Assembly: GCA_963717435.1 (NCBI GenBank) | Contig: OY970332.1 | Location: 96,001-160,000 of the forward strand | Source of the DNA: an uncultured bacterium | Lineage (GTDB): Bacteria; Babelota; Babeliae; Babelales; Babelaceae | Reading direction: 5' to 3' | Length of the DNA: 64,000 nucleotides | Translations under genes and position numbers: made by a program | Notes under the pieces: model-generated | The model's database searches: none | Told to the model about the DNA's origin: nothing | What the model saw: only the letters and a program-made list of their open reading frames with translations | Shown: piece after piece, positions 40,244 through 50,647 of the stretch | Layout: each line of letters begins with the position of its first letter | Numbering within the stretch: the first letter of the stretch is position 1

Positions 40244-40531
40244 ATGAAAAGTCTATTAAACAAGCTAATTTTATTTGGTCTTATATTATCCCCAGTATTA
40301 GTTATGGGGCAAACAAGTGAGCCAGAAACGAAAAAAGCACAAAATTGGCGAGAAAAAGTTGCTAAAAATTGTAACTCTTTAACAAATAAAGCCAAAAAAG
40401 AATTGGGCCATTTAAAAACTTGGATTCGAGAAAATCCAAAAACTTATGCTGTAATAGTTGGACTAATAGCTACAACGTTACATGTTGGTACGAAAATGAA
40501 ACTTGAAAGAGTTCAAAAATCAAAGCCATAA
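40244..40531 (+). CDS. WxKxNPK-TM family protein
   Basis: Signal peptide; WRE; WIRENPK + TM. Confidence 0.75.
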   Translation: MKSLLNKLILFGLILSPVLVMGQTSEPETKKAQNWREKVAKNCNSLTNKAKKELGHLKTWIRENPKTYAVIVGLIATTLHVGTKMKLERVQKSKP

Positions 40532-40563
40532 ACTAATGTCTCATCAATAAAGGATTATTTAAT

Positions 40564-41190
40564 ATGATTAACAATATACTAAACAAGCTAATTTTGACTG
40601 GATTATTATTGCCTAGTTTATCTATTGCCAATAATCAGCCAGAACAAAATCAAGTAGTAGAAAGCCAGGACAGTAAAAAAACAACTGAAGCTGAGACTGA
40701 GCATAACGAATATGCAAATCGATCAAAATTGAGCCTTTGGGCGGAATATATGACTGCAAGAGGCGAAATTGCTCTTGAAAATTTTAAAGAGAGAATTGAG
40801 CCGATTACAACACAAATCAGCGACGGGCTAAATAACGGCTATTTGTGGATCAAGAAAAATCCAAAGAAAACTGTTGTCGGAATAGCCGTTTTAATTTTGG
40901 CTATTATTGCTGCCAAAAAAACTAAAAATGCACCTGATAATGTTATCAATCAAACGGCTGAACAAAAGCAGCGCCTTGAAAAAAAATTAGACGAATTCAA
41001 AGCACGCCAAAAACACCTCGAAACAAAATCTACAATTTCTGTGCCAGCCGCCCCGACATCCATAATACCCAGTAACAACCCTGGTTATCAAAGCATATAT
41101 GGCGACGTCGGCAATATGATGCAACCCGTTGCAGATGATCTTGCTGCTAACAATCCCTACAAAGTAGTGATAAACCAAGAAAGACAATAA
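40564..41190 (+). CDS. WxKxNPK-TM family protein
   Basis: Signal peptide; LNNGYLWIKKNPK + TM; short coiled coil. Confidence 0.75.
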   Translation: MINNILNKLILTGLLLPSLSIANNQPEQNQVVESQDSKKTTEAETEHNEYANRSKLSLWAEYMTARGEIALENFKERIEPITTQISDGLNNGYLWIKKNPKKTVVGIAVLILAIIAAKKTKNAPDNVINQTAEQKQRLEKKLDEFKARQKHLETKSTISVPAAPTSIIPSNNPGYQSIYGDVGNMMQPVADDLAANNPYKVVINQERQ

Positions 41191-41194
41191 GCCC

Positions 41195-42280
41195 ATGAAG
41201 AAAATATTTTTACTACTAACAATAACTTTGGCACAAGCACAAGTTTGTCTTGCTAATTCTGCTGAAATCGCGGTACAAAGCGCTGTTGAAAATTCTCAGC
41301 AAACAAAAGATAATAAGCCACAAACATGGCGCGAGTATTTTGACAGCAAAGTTGCTAGCACAAAAAACAGACTAAATAATGGCTATTTGTGGGTTAAGAA
41401 AAATCCGAAAACCACAGGAGTGATAGTCGTAAACATAGCCATCATTTGCGCATTAACATACGCAATTGTCTCTTATAAATCTGCAAATGATAAACTATCT
41501 GCAAATGTAGGATCTTTACAAAATCAAAATGATAAACTTCTTGGCAAAGTTGATACCCTAAGAGGAGAAAAAGCGAGTCTTGATAACAAGGTGAGCACAC
41601 TACAACTCGAAATGAGCCAAGAAACGAATGATTATGGCAAAAAAATATCTGCCCTTAGCGAACAAAACCAAAAATTAGCTTTTGATAATGGGAATTTAGC
41701 AAAAGAAAAAGATGCTTATGTTTCACAACTTAGAACTGCTTATTTGGACAAAAACAAAGTAATAGAAGCTCTTAATGAAGAAAAGAACAAATATGAACTT
41801 TTAGCTAAAAAAGAAACAATAATTAAAGCTATCGCCGATGCCGAAAATCTTAGAGAAGCGAACAAAAAATTATCATTATACAGAGATGTGTCCGACAACA
41901 CAATTGAAAGTTTGCGCTCAGAAATTGATAAAAAAGCAGAAATTTTTGCTAAAGAAAAAACAGCTTTGGTTTCAGAAATTACAGAGCAAAAGCAAAAATA
42001 TGAACTCATGACTAAACCCAAAGATGGGATAGAGAAAGCACTTAGTGACAAGATAAAACAATTATATGATGAAATCAGAAATCTAAAGACTTTATCCGAG
42101 AAACAAGAATATTTTATAAAATTTATAACTCAAAATGAATATAACGTTGTGCTCGCTAACTTAAGAGAGGCTGCGGAGTTTTTGCTTAGAGAAAATGAAG
42201 CTCTGAAAAGTGGGGTATTTCCATGGATTGGGCGCGATGCTAGAATAGAACAGAGTATTCGCCTGGTAAATCAAAATTAA
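41195..42280 (+). CDS. WxKxNPK-TM family protein with long coiled coil
   Basis: LNNGYLWVKKNPK + TM; heptad-rich C-terminal region. Confidence 0.8.
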   Translation: MKKIFLLLTITLAQAQVCLANSAEIAVQSAVENSQQTKDNKPQTWREYFDSKVASTKNRLNNGYLWVKKNPKTTGVIVVNIAIICALTYAIVSYKSANDKLSANVGSLQNQNDKLLGKVDTLRGEKASLDNKVSTLQLEMSQETNDYGKKISALSEQNQKLAFDNGNLAKEKDAYVSQLRTAYLDKNKVIEALNEEKNKYELLAKKETIIKAIADAENLREANKKLSLYRDVSDNTIESLRSEIDKKAEIFAKEKTALVSEITEQKQKYELMTKPKDGIEKALSDKIKQLYDEIRNLKTLSEKQEYFIKFITQNEYNVVLANLREAAEFLLRENEALKSGVFPWIGRDARIEQSIRLVNQN

Positions 42281-42597
42281 TGCTGCCAAGTTCACATCGC
42301 TGAAAATTATTAGTAAATAAGAGAAAATATTTCATTTACAGAAAATCTTGTTCTAGAATTCTAATAATTGAGAAAGATCTAATTATGAAGAAAATATTTT
42401 TACTACTAACAATCACATTATCACAAGCACAAGTTTGTCTTGCTGATTCTGCTGAAATAGCAGTACAAAGCGCTATTGAAAATTCTCAGCAAACAGAAGA
42501 AAACAAGCCAGAAACATGGCGCGAGTATTTTGACAGTAAAATTGCTAGCACAAAAAACGGGCTAAATAACGGATATTTGTGGGTTAAGAAAAATCCC
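41195..42597 (+). repeat. Near-identical 5' segments of about 210 bp (41195-41407 and 42385-42597)
   Basis: Shared signal peptide through WVKKNP, then unrelated sequence. Confidence 0.88.
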
Positions 42598-42912
42598 GGA
42601 AAAATTATCATCGGGGCAATAATAACATTAATAATTATTGCTGATGCTCATAGATTCAAAAAAAGACACCTGTCCAATTCAAATAATGCTAATAATAACA
42701 ACAATATTTTGAATGATGCAGCCAGGAAATTACTTGAAGAAACAGAACACGATATTGCCGCGGAAGGCGATAACCCGTTTGCAACTGATGATGAAAAACG
42801 CGATCCAAAGTTTTTTAGATTAATTAAACGCGCTAGGGGCATAAATTTGAGCAAGCAAGAAACTAATCCTAGCGAGAATTCAGATACTGAGAGCGGCGCA
42901 GAACAGATTTAA
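42385..42912 (+). CDS. WxKxNPK-TM family protein
   Basis: N-terminal ~70 aa nearly identical to the 41195 gene; shares TTAA stop with rsmA. Confidence 0.78.
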   Translation: MKKIFLLLTITLSQAQVCLADSAEIAVQSAIENSQQTEENKPETWREYFDSKIASTKNGLNNGYLWVKKNPGKIIIGAIITLIIIADAHRFKKRHLSNSNNANNNNNILNDAARKLLEETEHDIAAEGDNPFATDDEKRDPKFFRLIKRARGINLSKQETNPSENSDTESGAEQI

Positions 42913-43688
42913 CTATTAATCTTGTTCCAGAATTCTAATAACTGGGGCTTGGTAAGTTGCTGGGCGCGGAGAGTGAGAAGTTCGGGCTGCACAGCGTCTA
43001 GATTGTAATGCGTTTGTTGTAAGTTATTTTTGATCGTTCTTCTTGGTTGCTTAAACACAAGCTTAACAAATTTCCAAAACTCTTCTTCGTTTTCAATCTT
43101 ATCCAAAACTTTTCTTGGCTTAAAATATAATAATCGAGAAAATACTTTCGGTGGTGGGTAAAACGCATCGGGAGAGATTTTATCTAGTAATTTCCATTCA
43201 AAAAAATGCTGAAAATATACAGAGACAAAGCCGTAATCACGACCACCAGATTTGGTGATCTTTTGCGCAACTTCTTCTTGAACCATTATTACACCTTCAG
43301 AAAAAATATCTCTATTTTTCTGAAATAAATATAAAAGCGGGAACGTAATTTGATACGGCAAATTTGCAAGTAGTGTCCAGGGCTTATGCTCTTGAAATCT
43401 TGAAAAATCTACATCAAGAATATTTTCTAAGTTCATAGTAAGACGAGGATCCGGATAGGTCTTCTTGACATAAGACGCCCATTCCGGATCTATCTCAAAT
43501 ATCCAAAGTCTGGCTATGTTAGTATGCAAAATAGATTTAGTTAAAAAACCGTCACCGCAGCCAATTTCAAACACGCTTGTGTTTTTATCAAGTTTCACAT
43601 GATCAAGCATAGAATCGATAACCGATTGTCTGCGCAAAAAATGCTGCCCGTATTTTTTCTTTAATCTAATTCCGTCTAATTCTGCCAT
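42909..43688 (-). CDS. rsmA: 16S rRNA dimethyladenosine transferase
   Basis: KKKYGQHFL, EIGCGDG, ANLPYQIT, MVQEEVA, FYPPPKV. Confidence 0.95.
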   Translation of the reverse strand: MAELDGIRLKKKYGQHFLRRQSVIDSMLDHVKLDKNTSVFEIGCGDGFLTKSILHTNIARLWIFEIDPEWASYVKKTYPDPRLTMNLENILDVDFSRFQEHKPWTLLANLPYQITFPLLYLFQKNRDIFSEGVIMVQEEVAQKITKSGGRDYGFVSVYFQHFFEWKLLDKISPDAFYPPPKVFSRLLYFKPRKVLDKIENEEEFWKFVKLVFKQPRRTIKNNLQQTHYNLDAVQPELLTLRAQQLTKPQLLEFWNKINS

Positions 43689-43727
43689 TTTATTATTTTA
43701 GTAAAAATTTATTTTATTATATTTAAT

Positions 43728-44792
43728 TTACGTTTTCATGAGTGCGTCTTTGAAAAAGTCTAGTTGCTCTAGAACTTTTCCCGCACCATTTACAACACAG
43801 AATAATGGATTTTCTGCTATTCTTACAGGCAAACCTGTGTCTTGACTTACAAGTTCACTAAGACCGCGTAATAGCGATCCGCCACCTGCCATTACTATAC
43901 CCTTATCCACCAAATCTGAAGATAACTCAGGCGGTGTATTTTCAAGCGCAACGCGAATAACATCCACTATGCTCGCAACAGTTTCTAATAGAGATTCATG
44001 CACTTCTGCGCTGGTTAAAATAATTGTCTTTGGGACACCGGTCACGAGATCGCGACCCTTAACTTCCATTGTTTCAATATTTGAGTTATGCAAAACTGTA
44101 CCGATCTGAATTTTAATTAATTCTGCAGTACGTTCACCTATTAATAAATTATACTTTCTTTTTACATATTGGACAATGGAGCGATCCATGCCATCGCCAC
44201 CAACTCTTACGGATCTGCAGAAAACTACGTCTTTTAGAGTTATAACAGCAACTTCGGTTGTACCACCACCAATATCAACTATCATGCTGCCCGACGGATC
44301 CTGAACCGGAAGTCCTGCGCCAATTGCTGCAGCCATTGGCTCCATAATTGTATAAACTTCTCGCGCACCAGCCTGCTTTGCTGAATCTTCTACTGCACGT
44401 CTTTCAACTTGTGTGATTCCTGAAGGTACACCTATGATCATACGAGGACGAACCAATGTTCTTCGGTCGTCATGCACAACCCTGATAAAATATCTTAACA
44501 TGCTTTCTGTAAGCTCAAAATTTGCAATTACACCATCACGCATTGGCCTGCATGCAATTATACTTTCAGGAGTTTTTCCTAACATTTCTTTTGCTCTACG
44601 ACCCGCGGCAAGAACCTGATTTGTGTGAGCCTTAACCGCAACCACAGATGGCTCATCAAGAACTATGCCTCTTCCAGGAACATAAACAACTGTGTTTGCT
44701 GTTCCTAAATCGATAGCCAAGTCGTTAGAAAAAAAACCGAAGAGCCTTTTGGCTGGAAAAAATTTATCATAAAAAGTGTTCATATTGCTCAT
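43728..44792 (-). CDS. mreB: Rod shape-determining protein MreB
   Basis: IDLGTANT, EPSVVA, EPMAAAIGAG, DIGGGTTEVA; likely start 44792 or 44783. Confidence 0.97.
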   Translation of the reverse strand: MSNMNTFYDKFFPAKRLFGFFSNDLAIDLGTANTVVYVPGRGIVLDEPSVVAVKAHTNQVLAAGRRAKEMLGKTPESIIACRPMRDGVIANFELTESMLRYFIRVVHDDRRTLVRPRMIIGVPSGITQVERRAVEDSAKQAGAREVYTIMEPMAAAIGAGLPVQDPSGSMIVDIGGGTTEVAVITLKDVVFCRSVRVGGDGMDRSIVQYVKRKYNLLIGERTAELIKIQIGTVLHNSNIETMEVKGRDLVTGVPKTIILTSAEVHESLLETVASIVDVIRVALENTPPELSSDLVDKGIVMAGGGSLLRGLSELVSQDTGLPVRIAENPLFCVVNGAGKVLEQLDFFKDALMKT

Positions 44793-44809
44793 ATATTTTT
44801 TACCTACAA

Positions 44810-46078
44810 TTAAAAACAGGACTCTATCAAAAGCGATACAAAATTTGTTTTTGGCGTACGTTTTGGTGTCACAAAGAAGTTGGTCGGAATATCCCATGCA
44901 AAAGATACAATGGGTGATAGCCCGCGGTCCTCTTTGAACCTTCCAAAATCATAACGAAACTCTAAAGTAACATGCTCCATAACCCACGAAGATCTTTTGT
45001 ATACACATGCAAGTGCAGCATTAACAGATTTATCGCATCTCATGTCAGTTATATCATCTTTTTGATGTTTGACAAATGTGTAGCCCACTAACAACCCGAA
45101 GCCCTCACGCAAGCCGTCAAGTCTAAAATATGGGGCAATAATAAACGTAAATCCCGGATCGACTTTTAAGGGACCAACATTGATGCCATAATTGGTTGGC
45201 TCCAATAAAACTGGAAACCTGCTTTGTATTGTTTTTGTAAAACGCTTGTTCAACCGCAAAAGTGCTCCCAATTTCATATCGCGCTTTAACTCAAATTCTG
45301 CGTCAATTGCGCCATAAATACCCCAAAATCCATTGCCACCAAATGGCACCGATGCGGGGTTATTTATATCTAGTTTGCCACCAGTTGGAATTATAACACC
45401 AAGACGACCGCCAACATCTATGCTGCGCATCTTAAGTAGATAATCAAATCTGTCGCCTGCTCTTAAATAAATATCAAGATCTCCAAATCCAAATGCGCTA
45501 AACTCTGGAGAACTTACGCCAATCAATCTATTCATTGTTTGCTTTAAAAGTAAGAGCTCGTTTTCATCACCTTCCGGCTGGGCTGGCAAACTTGTCTGAA
45601 TACCCCCAACTTCTCTTCGAAACTGCTGATGATATCCCACGTGCATAAAAAGAGCTGAGACACCCAGAGCCATGTGGCAACCAAGAGACTGATGATATAA
45701 AAACGCAACACCTTGTGTTTCTAAAAGGCCATAAGGATCCCAAGGAACTGTCGCTAGACCCATCCAATCTGATCTGAATAAACTGCCTGAAGTTTTTCCT
45801 GAAAGTTGTAACGCTTTGTCTATTTTGACCATATCGTATGGTCCGTTAAAAGCAGTTATTGAAGTAGTTTCGCCCGTGTCATTGTAGGCACTGTCTGCCG
45901 TTGAAGCAAATGGCTGGACTATTAAATGTGATAGATAATCTTCGAATTTTGTGTACTGTTTTTGATATAATGGCACAAATCTGTTATCAAAAGTCATCGC
46001 CTGTGATTTATTCAAACATATAACCGAAATAAATACGGTTGCTATAAATTTGAGAAGTTTGTCTGTATTTACTGTCAT
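44810..46078 (-). CDS. Putative outer-membrane beta-barrel protein
   Basis: Signal peptide, alternating beta strands, GFGDL..PTG..FGGNGFWG, terminal Phe. Confidence 0.65.
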   Translation of the reverse strand: MTVNTDKLLKFIATVFISVICLNKSQAMTFDNRFVPLYQKQYTKFEDYLSHLIVQPFASTADSAYNDTGETTSITAFNGPYDMVKIDKALQLSGKTSGSLFRSDWMGLATVPWDPYGLLETQGVAFLYHQSLGCHMALGVSALFMHVGYHQQFRREVGGIQTSLPAQPEGDENELLLLKQTMNRLIGVSSPEFSAFGFGDLDIYLRAGDRFDYLLKMRSIDVGGRLGVIIPTGGKLDINNPASVPFGGNGFWGIYGAIDAEFELKRDMKLGALLRLNKRFTKTIQSRFPVLLEPTNYGINVGPLKVDPGFTFIIAPYFRLDGLREGFGLLVGYTFVKHQKDDITDMRCDKSVNAALACVYKRSSWVMEHVTLEFRYDFGRFKEDRGLSPIVSFAWDIPTNFFVTPKRTPKTNFVSLLIESCF

Positions 46079-46238
46079 AAAGTTTCCCGGTTATACTCTG
46101 CTTATATATTTTGAGAAGGGATCTTTTGCCCAAAACAACGTATACATAATAAATTAACTATCTCTTTTGGGCAACTTCTACTTGCTCTTATCGTGCAAAA
46201 CTTAATTAATATTTTTAAAAATAAAATTTTTAATAAAA

Positions 46239-46275
46239 AATTGGGCCCGTAGAAAGTGTATCTACGAGCCCAATT
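46239..46275 (-). terminator. Terminator hairpin after the 46326-47639 array
   Basis: aattgggcccgtaga/tctacgagcccaatt with a T-run on the minus strand. Confidence 0.65.
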
Positions 46276-46325
46276 AATTTAAAATCAAAAAAATATTTTT
46301 GAAAAATTTGTAAAATTATTAATAG

Positions 46326-46799
46326 TTATTTATTTCCAACAACCAACTTGCCATAAGCCGCCAAAGCATACTGCATCTTTTTAGCTGCCAAATTTAATAG
46401 CCGAAGTTTTTCAGATTTTTCAGACAATTTTTCTATACCGACTAAAATAATAAATGGGCCATAAGCCGGGGCAAGAAATATTTTCTGACAAATTGGCCTC
46501 TCTAAATCTTCTTCATCTTTACATAGAGGGCTATAAAGCAAACCAAAACCTATAAGTTCTAGAGCTAACAAAGTTGTTATGGCACCTGCTTTTTTGGGAT
46601 TATCTTGCGCCCATTTTGCCAAACTTGATTCTTTAATTTTATCCAAGTTTTTTGAAAAAAAAGTTTTATTTTTATCAGATTTTTCTTGAGCTAGTTTTTC
46701 TTGATCAATATTTTTATTAAATTCTTGCGCTGCACCGAGACATACCCCAGTAAATAAAATTAATAACAAATATAACTGTGCTTTAAATATTTTATTCAT
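46326..46799 (-). CDS. WxKxNPK-TM family protein
   Basis: Signal peptide; WAQDNPKK + TM; second hydrophobic segment. Confidence 0.75.
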   Translation of the reverse strand: MNKIFKAQLYLLLILFTGVCLGAAQEFNKNIDQEKLAQEKSDKNKTFFSKNLDKIKESSLAKWAQDNPKKAGAITTLLALELIGFGLLYSPLCKDEEDLERPICQKIFLAPAYGPFIILVGIEKLSEKSEKLRLLNLAAKKMQYALAAYGKLVVGNK

Positions 46800-46846
46800 G
46801 ATTACACGTGATCCTCAATAAGATTATCTAACAGCCACTCTTTAAA

Positions 46847-47254
46847 TTATTTTTTTATTTTTTCTAATCCCAACAAAGTTTGCTTGATAAAATTTTTCAT
46901 AGCAACTTTTACGGGATTTTGTTTAGAAACACAAATACTTACTGTTTCTTTAACAGGCAATAATAATGCAGCCAAACATATTAACGGAAAATCACAATTT
47001 TCAAGAGCACTAATTTTTTTATTGGCTTTAAACTTTGTATAAATATGCAAATAACTAGCATAGCTATATAAACCAAAGCCAGTTAATGCAAGAGAGATTG
47101 CTACTTTTTTGGGATTTTGCTTGATCCAATTGACAGCTTTATCACGCCCAGATTTTACCTGTTCTTTTGCTTCTTTAATAGAATAAGCTGAGACCAGATT
47201 GGGGATTAAGCCTGTAAAAGCAAGATATAACATCAGTTTTGATACAAATTTCAT
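46847..47254 (-). CDS. WxKxNPK-TM family protein
   Basis: MKFVSKLML signal peptide; WIKQNPKK + TM. Confidence 0.75.
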   Translation of the reverse strand: MKFVSKLMLYLAFTGLIPNLVSAYSIKEAKEQVKSGRDKAVNWIKQNPKKVAISLALTGFGLYSYASYLHIYTKFKANKKISALENCDFPLICLAALLLPVKETVSICVSKQNPVKVAMKNFIKQTLLGLEKIKK

Positions 47255-47640
47255 ATTACTTCTTACCCACAAGTTTTTCTATCGAATATTCTAAAAAATC
47301 CAAAAGATTATTTATATAAGCTGGATTATCAAACTCGCTTCTATTTAATAAAATTTTAGTTAAAACAGCTATACCCGCCAGAGGAGAAACGATAGCTTTT
47401 CTCCACAATGGGGCCTTGATCTCATCGTCTTGGTTTAAACCATGTAAACCCAAGCCACTAATCGGAAGTAAAACTGCAAGGGCTAAAAGCTTTTTCTTGT
47501 GTGTTTTAGAAAACAATAAGGCTTTATCACAACCCGCTTTTACCTGTTCTGTTGCCTCCTTAATAGAATAAGCTGAGATCAGATTGGGGATTAAGCCTGT
47601 AAAAGCAAGATATAACATCAGTTTTGACACGAATTTCATA
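47136..47640. repeat. 120-bp near-identical 5' segments (47136-47255 and 47521-47640)
   Basis: Shared signal peptide and AYSIKEA..QVK.G.DKA. Confidence 0.88.
47256..47639 (-). CDS. Paralog of the 46847 gene
   Basis: Same N-terminus; FSKTHKKK + TM; GGAGG RBS. Confidence 0.75.
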   Translation of the reverse strand: MKFVSKLMLYLAFTGLIPNLISAYSIKEATEQVKAGCDKALLFSKTHKKKLLALAVLLPISGLGLHGLNQDDEIKAPLWRKAIVSPLAGIAVLTKILLNRSEFDNPAYINNLLDFLEYSIEKLVGKK

Positions 47641-47963
47641 AAAAACCTCCAAATTAATACTTTTAGGTTATTTTCAGGTATAAATTATTAATAAATATAT
47701 CTAAAAATCAGCCAGTATATTATTAAATTTAATATATATTGCCAGGTTGTCAATTGGGTGGGCCTCCAAGAAAGAGTCAGGAAGCGGCAGAACCCCAAAA
47801 ACATCCCTGAACAAATCTAATAACTATAATAATTAACTGTAATATTTAATATATTTTTAGACTTGCTTGTAAGCTCATGATAAATTACAGATAATTACGG
47901 CGCATATATTAGCGTATATATTTAAAATATTTTGAAATTAAAACAGTTTTAGAGGAGTCGATT

Positions 47964-49400
47964 ATGATAACCCAAAAACTTCAGGCAGTGGTTCTTGCAG
48001 CAGGAAAATCGTCAAGATTTAATACAAAAAATTCGAAATTAAGTTACAAACTTTGTGGACAAGAGATGATCGCATATCCAGCAAAGTTGTTAAATAATTT
48101 GGGAATCAACACAACACTTGTAGTCGGTTATCAAAAAGAGTTAATCAAAGATATTTTGAATAAATATAATTTAACGAATATTAACTACGTAGAACAAAAA
48201 GAACAAAAGGGCACAGGACACGCTCTTATGTGCACAGAAGATTTTTGGAACGCAGATAATATTTTGGTAATGAACGGCGATATGCCATTAATATCACAGA
48301 GTTTGATAGAAGAGCTAATAGAAAAACACCAAAAAACTGAAGCCGCTATAAGTTTTGTTATAGCACATAACGATGACCCTACTTTGCCAGGATATGGCAG
48401 AGTTGTGGAAGAAAATGGCGCGATTAAAATTATTGAAGCTAAAGAATTTAATGGTGACTTTAACACACATTGCTGGATAAACGCCGGGGTTTATATAATC
48501 AGAAAAGATTTTTTAAAAAGTTATAAAGATCTTTTGACAACAAATAGAACCAGTGGCGAAATTTATATTACTGATCTAATATCACTTGCAAGTTTAAACG
48601 AAGAAATCATAACACCGGTCAAAACGTCTTTTGATCAAGTACGTGGCATAAACACTCTAAAAGAATTGTGGACAGCTGAGCAGATTAAAAGATCTGAGCT
48701 TATAGCTTATTGGAAAGAGAACGGCGTATATTTTTCACTTGCGCAAAGTGTTCATATCGATCTTGAAGTTACTATAGGTGCCGGAACAATTGTTGGAATT
48801 GGCGTACAACTTCTTGGAAAAACAAAAGTTGGCTCACGCGTTCAAATTGGCGTAGGCTCTGTAATATCTAACAGCCTGATTCATGACGATGCTTTTATAC
48901 ACCCATGTTGTGTAATTACAGATTCTGAAATTCAGTCTGAGGCAAAAATCGGGCCATTTGCGCACATAAAAGATAAATCAAATATTGGCAAAAATAGTTC
49001 TGTTGGAAACTTTGTTGAAGTTACAAGATCGACGCTTGGAGAAAAAACAAAAGCTAAGCATCTGGCTTATATTGGCGACGCAATAGTTGGCGCAAACGTT
49101 AATATTGGCGCAGGGACAATAGTTTGCAACTATGACGGCTTTAATAAGAACAAAACTTTTATAGAGAATAATGTTTCTATTGGGAGCAACAACTGCTTGG
49201 TCGCTCCTGTTACACTTTGTGAAAGTTCAATAACAGCTGCAGGGTCCGTCATAACAGAAGATGTTCCAAAAAACAGTTTAGCTATCGCAAGAACTAAGCA
49301 AGTTAACAAAGAGGGCTACGCTACAAAATTAAGGGATAAGTTAAGCAAAAAAATAAAAAAGATAAATCCTGCAAAAACAGAGTTTCAAGAACTGGCATGA
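47964..49400 (+). CDS. glmU: Bifunctional UDP-GlcNAc pyrophosphorylase / acetyltransferase
   Basis: LAAGKSSR, GTGHA, GDMPL, hexapeptide repeats, GPFAH, HLAYIGDA, NYDG. Confidence 0.96.
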   Translation: MITQKLQAVVLAAGKSSRFNTKNSKLSYKLCGQEMIAYPAKLLNNLGINTTLVVGYQKELIKDILNKYNLTNINYVEQKEQKGTGHALMCTEDFWNADNILVMNGDMPLISQSLIEELIEKHQKTEAAISFVIAHNDDPTLPGYGRVVEENGAIKIIEAKEFNGDFNTHCWINAGVYIIRKDFLKSYKDLLTTNRTSGEIYITDLISLASLNEEIITPVKTSFDQVRGINTLKELWTAEQIKRSELIAYWKENGVYFSLAQSVHIDLEVTIGAGTIVGIGVQLLGKTKVGSRVQIGVGSVISNSLIHDDAFIHPCCVITDSEIQSEAKIGPFAHIKDKSNIGKNSSVGNFVEVTRSTLGEKTKAKHLAYIGDAIVGANVNIGAGTIVCNYDGFNKNKTFIENNVSIGSNNCLVAPVTLCESSITAAGSVITEDVPKNSLAIARTKQVNKEGYATKLRDKLSKKIKKINPAKTEFQELA

Positions 49401-50647
49401 TCAAATTTATACACACCGCTGACATACATTTTGGGATGGAAAACTATGGCAGAATAGATCCCCAGACTGGAATACACACCAGATTATTAGATTTTGAAAG
49501 AGCATTAAATTTTTGCATAGACTATGCAATCGACAATAGTTTCGATTTTTTTCTATTTTCTGGAGATGCATATAAAACTGCGCATCCGACGCCAACTCAG
49601 CAGAGATTATTACTACAGTGTTTTCTGAGATTATACAAAGCAAATATTCCTGTAATTATAATTGTTGGAAATCATGATAACCCATTAAGTTTTGGAAAAG
49701 CGCATGCCCTTGAAATATTTGGGCAGCTGCCAGTTGATGGATTTTATGTAGTTAGCAAACCAGAAATTATTAATTTAAAAACTAAAAACGGCCCCATAAA
49801 TATTGTGGGAATACCCTGGCCAACCAAAGGTAACATAGCATCTTCAAATCAACACTTATACTCTTCTGCTTTTGAACTTACAAATTATATCAGTGCCGCT
49901 ATAAGTTCGATAATAAAAAAATTTGCTGCCGAACTTGACCCAAAAATACCCGCGGTTCTTGCAGGACACTTAACAGTCACATCTGGTATTTTTTCAGGAT
50001 CTGAAAAGCGTGCAATATATGGCAACGATCCAGTATTTTTGCCGTCTCAACTTGCAATAGAGCCATTTGATTATGTCGCACTGGGACATCTGCATAGACA
50101 TCAAAATTTAAATATTAATGGCTATCCGGCAGTTGTTTATTCTGGCTCTATAGAGCGTGTTGATTTTGGTGAAAGAAAAGAAGAAAAAGGCTTTTGCGCT
50201 GTTACTATTACAGAAAAAAATAAAACAACTTATGAGTTCATAAAAACACCCACTCGTAAATTTATACAGATAGAAGTCGAACTCAACTCTATTAATTCTA
50301 GTAATTCTACTGAAGATCAAACTGATCAAATAATTAAAGAGATATCAAAATATAATATCACTGATGCTGTGATAAAAATTCTTTATACTGTCCCTTCGGG
50401 CCAAAAAGACAGGGTTGACCTGCAAAGGGTTCAAGCTTATTGCGCTGACGCGATTTACATTGCTGGAATTATACCCATCAGATTTCATGAGATTAAAGAG
50501 AAAAGAGCAAATTTAAAAGTCGATATGGACCTTGTAAATTTGCTCAATGCTTATTTTGAAACTAAGCCAGAGTATAAACAACAAAAAGATAAACTTATTT
50601 TAAAGGCTCTTGACCTGGAATCTGAATGTTGTGATAACGAATCTTAA
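49397..50647 (+). CDS. sbcD: Exonuclease SbcCD subunit D
   Basis: HTADIHFG, SGD, GNHD, YVALGHLH, YSGSIERVDFGE. Confidence 0.93.
   Translation: MIKFIHTADIHFGMENYGRIDPQTGIHTRLLDFERALNFCIDYAIDNSFDFFLFSGDAYKTAHPTPTQQRLLLQCFLRLYKANIPVIIIVGNHDNPLSFGKAHALEIFGQLPVDGFYVVSKPEIINLKTKNGPINIVGIPWPTKGNIASSNQHLYSSAFELTNYISAAISSIIKKFAAELDPKIPAVLAGHLTVTSGIFSGSEKRAIYGNDPVFLPSQLAIEPFDYVALGHLHRHQNLNINGYPAVVYSGSIERVDFGERKEEKGFCAVTITEKNKTTYEFIKTPTRKFIQIEVELNSINSSNSTEDQTDQIIKEISKYNITDAVIKILYTVPSGQKDRVDLQRVQAYCADAIYIAGIIPIRFHEIKEKRANLKVDMDLVNLLNAYFETKPEYKQQKDKLILKALDLESECCDNES

Noticed and set aside
47740-47812. GC-richer patch between the 47639 gene and glmU as SRP RNA or riboswitch
   Set aside because: No SRP core motif or convincing stems found by eye
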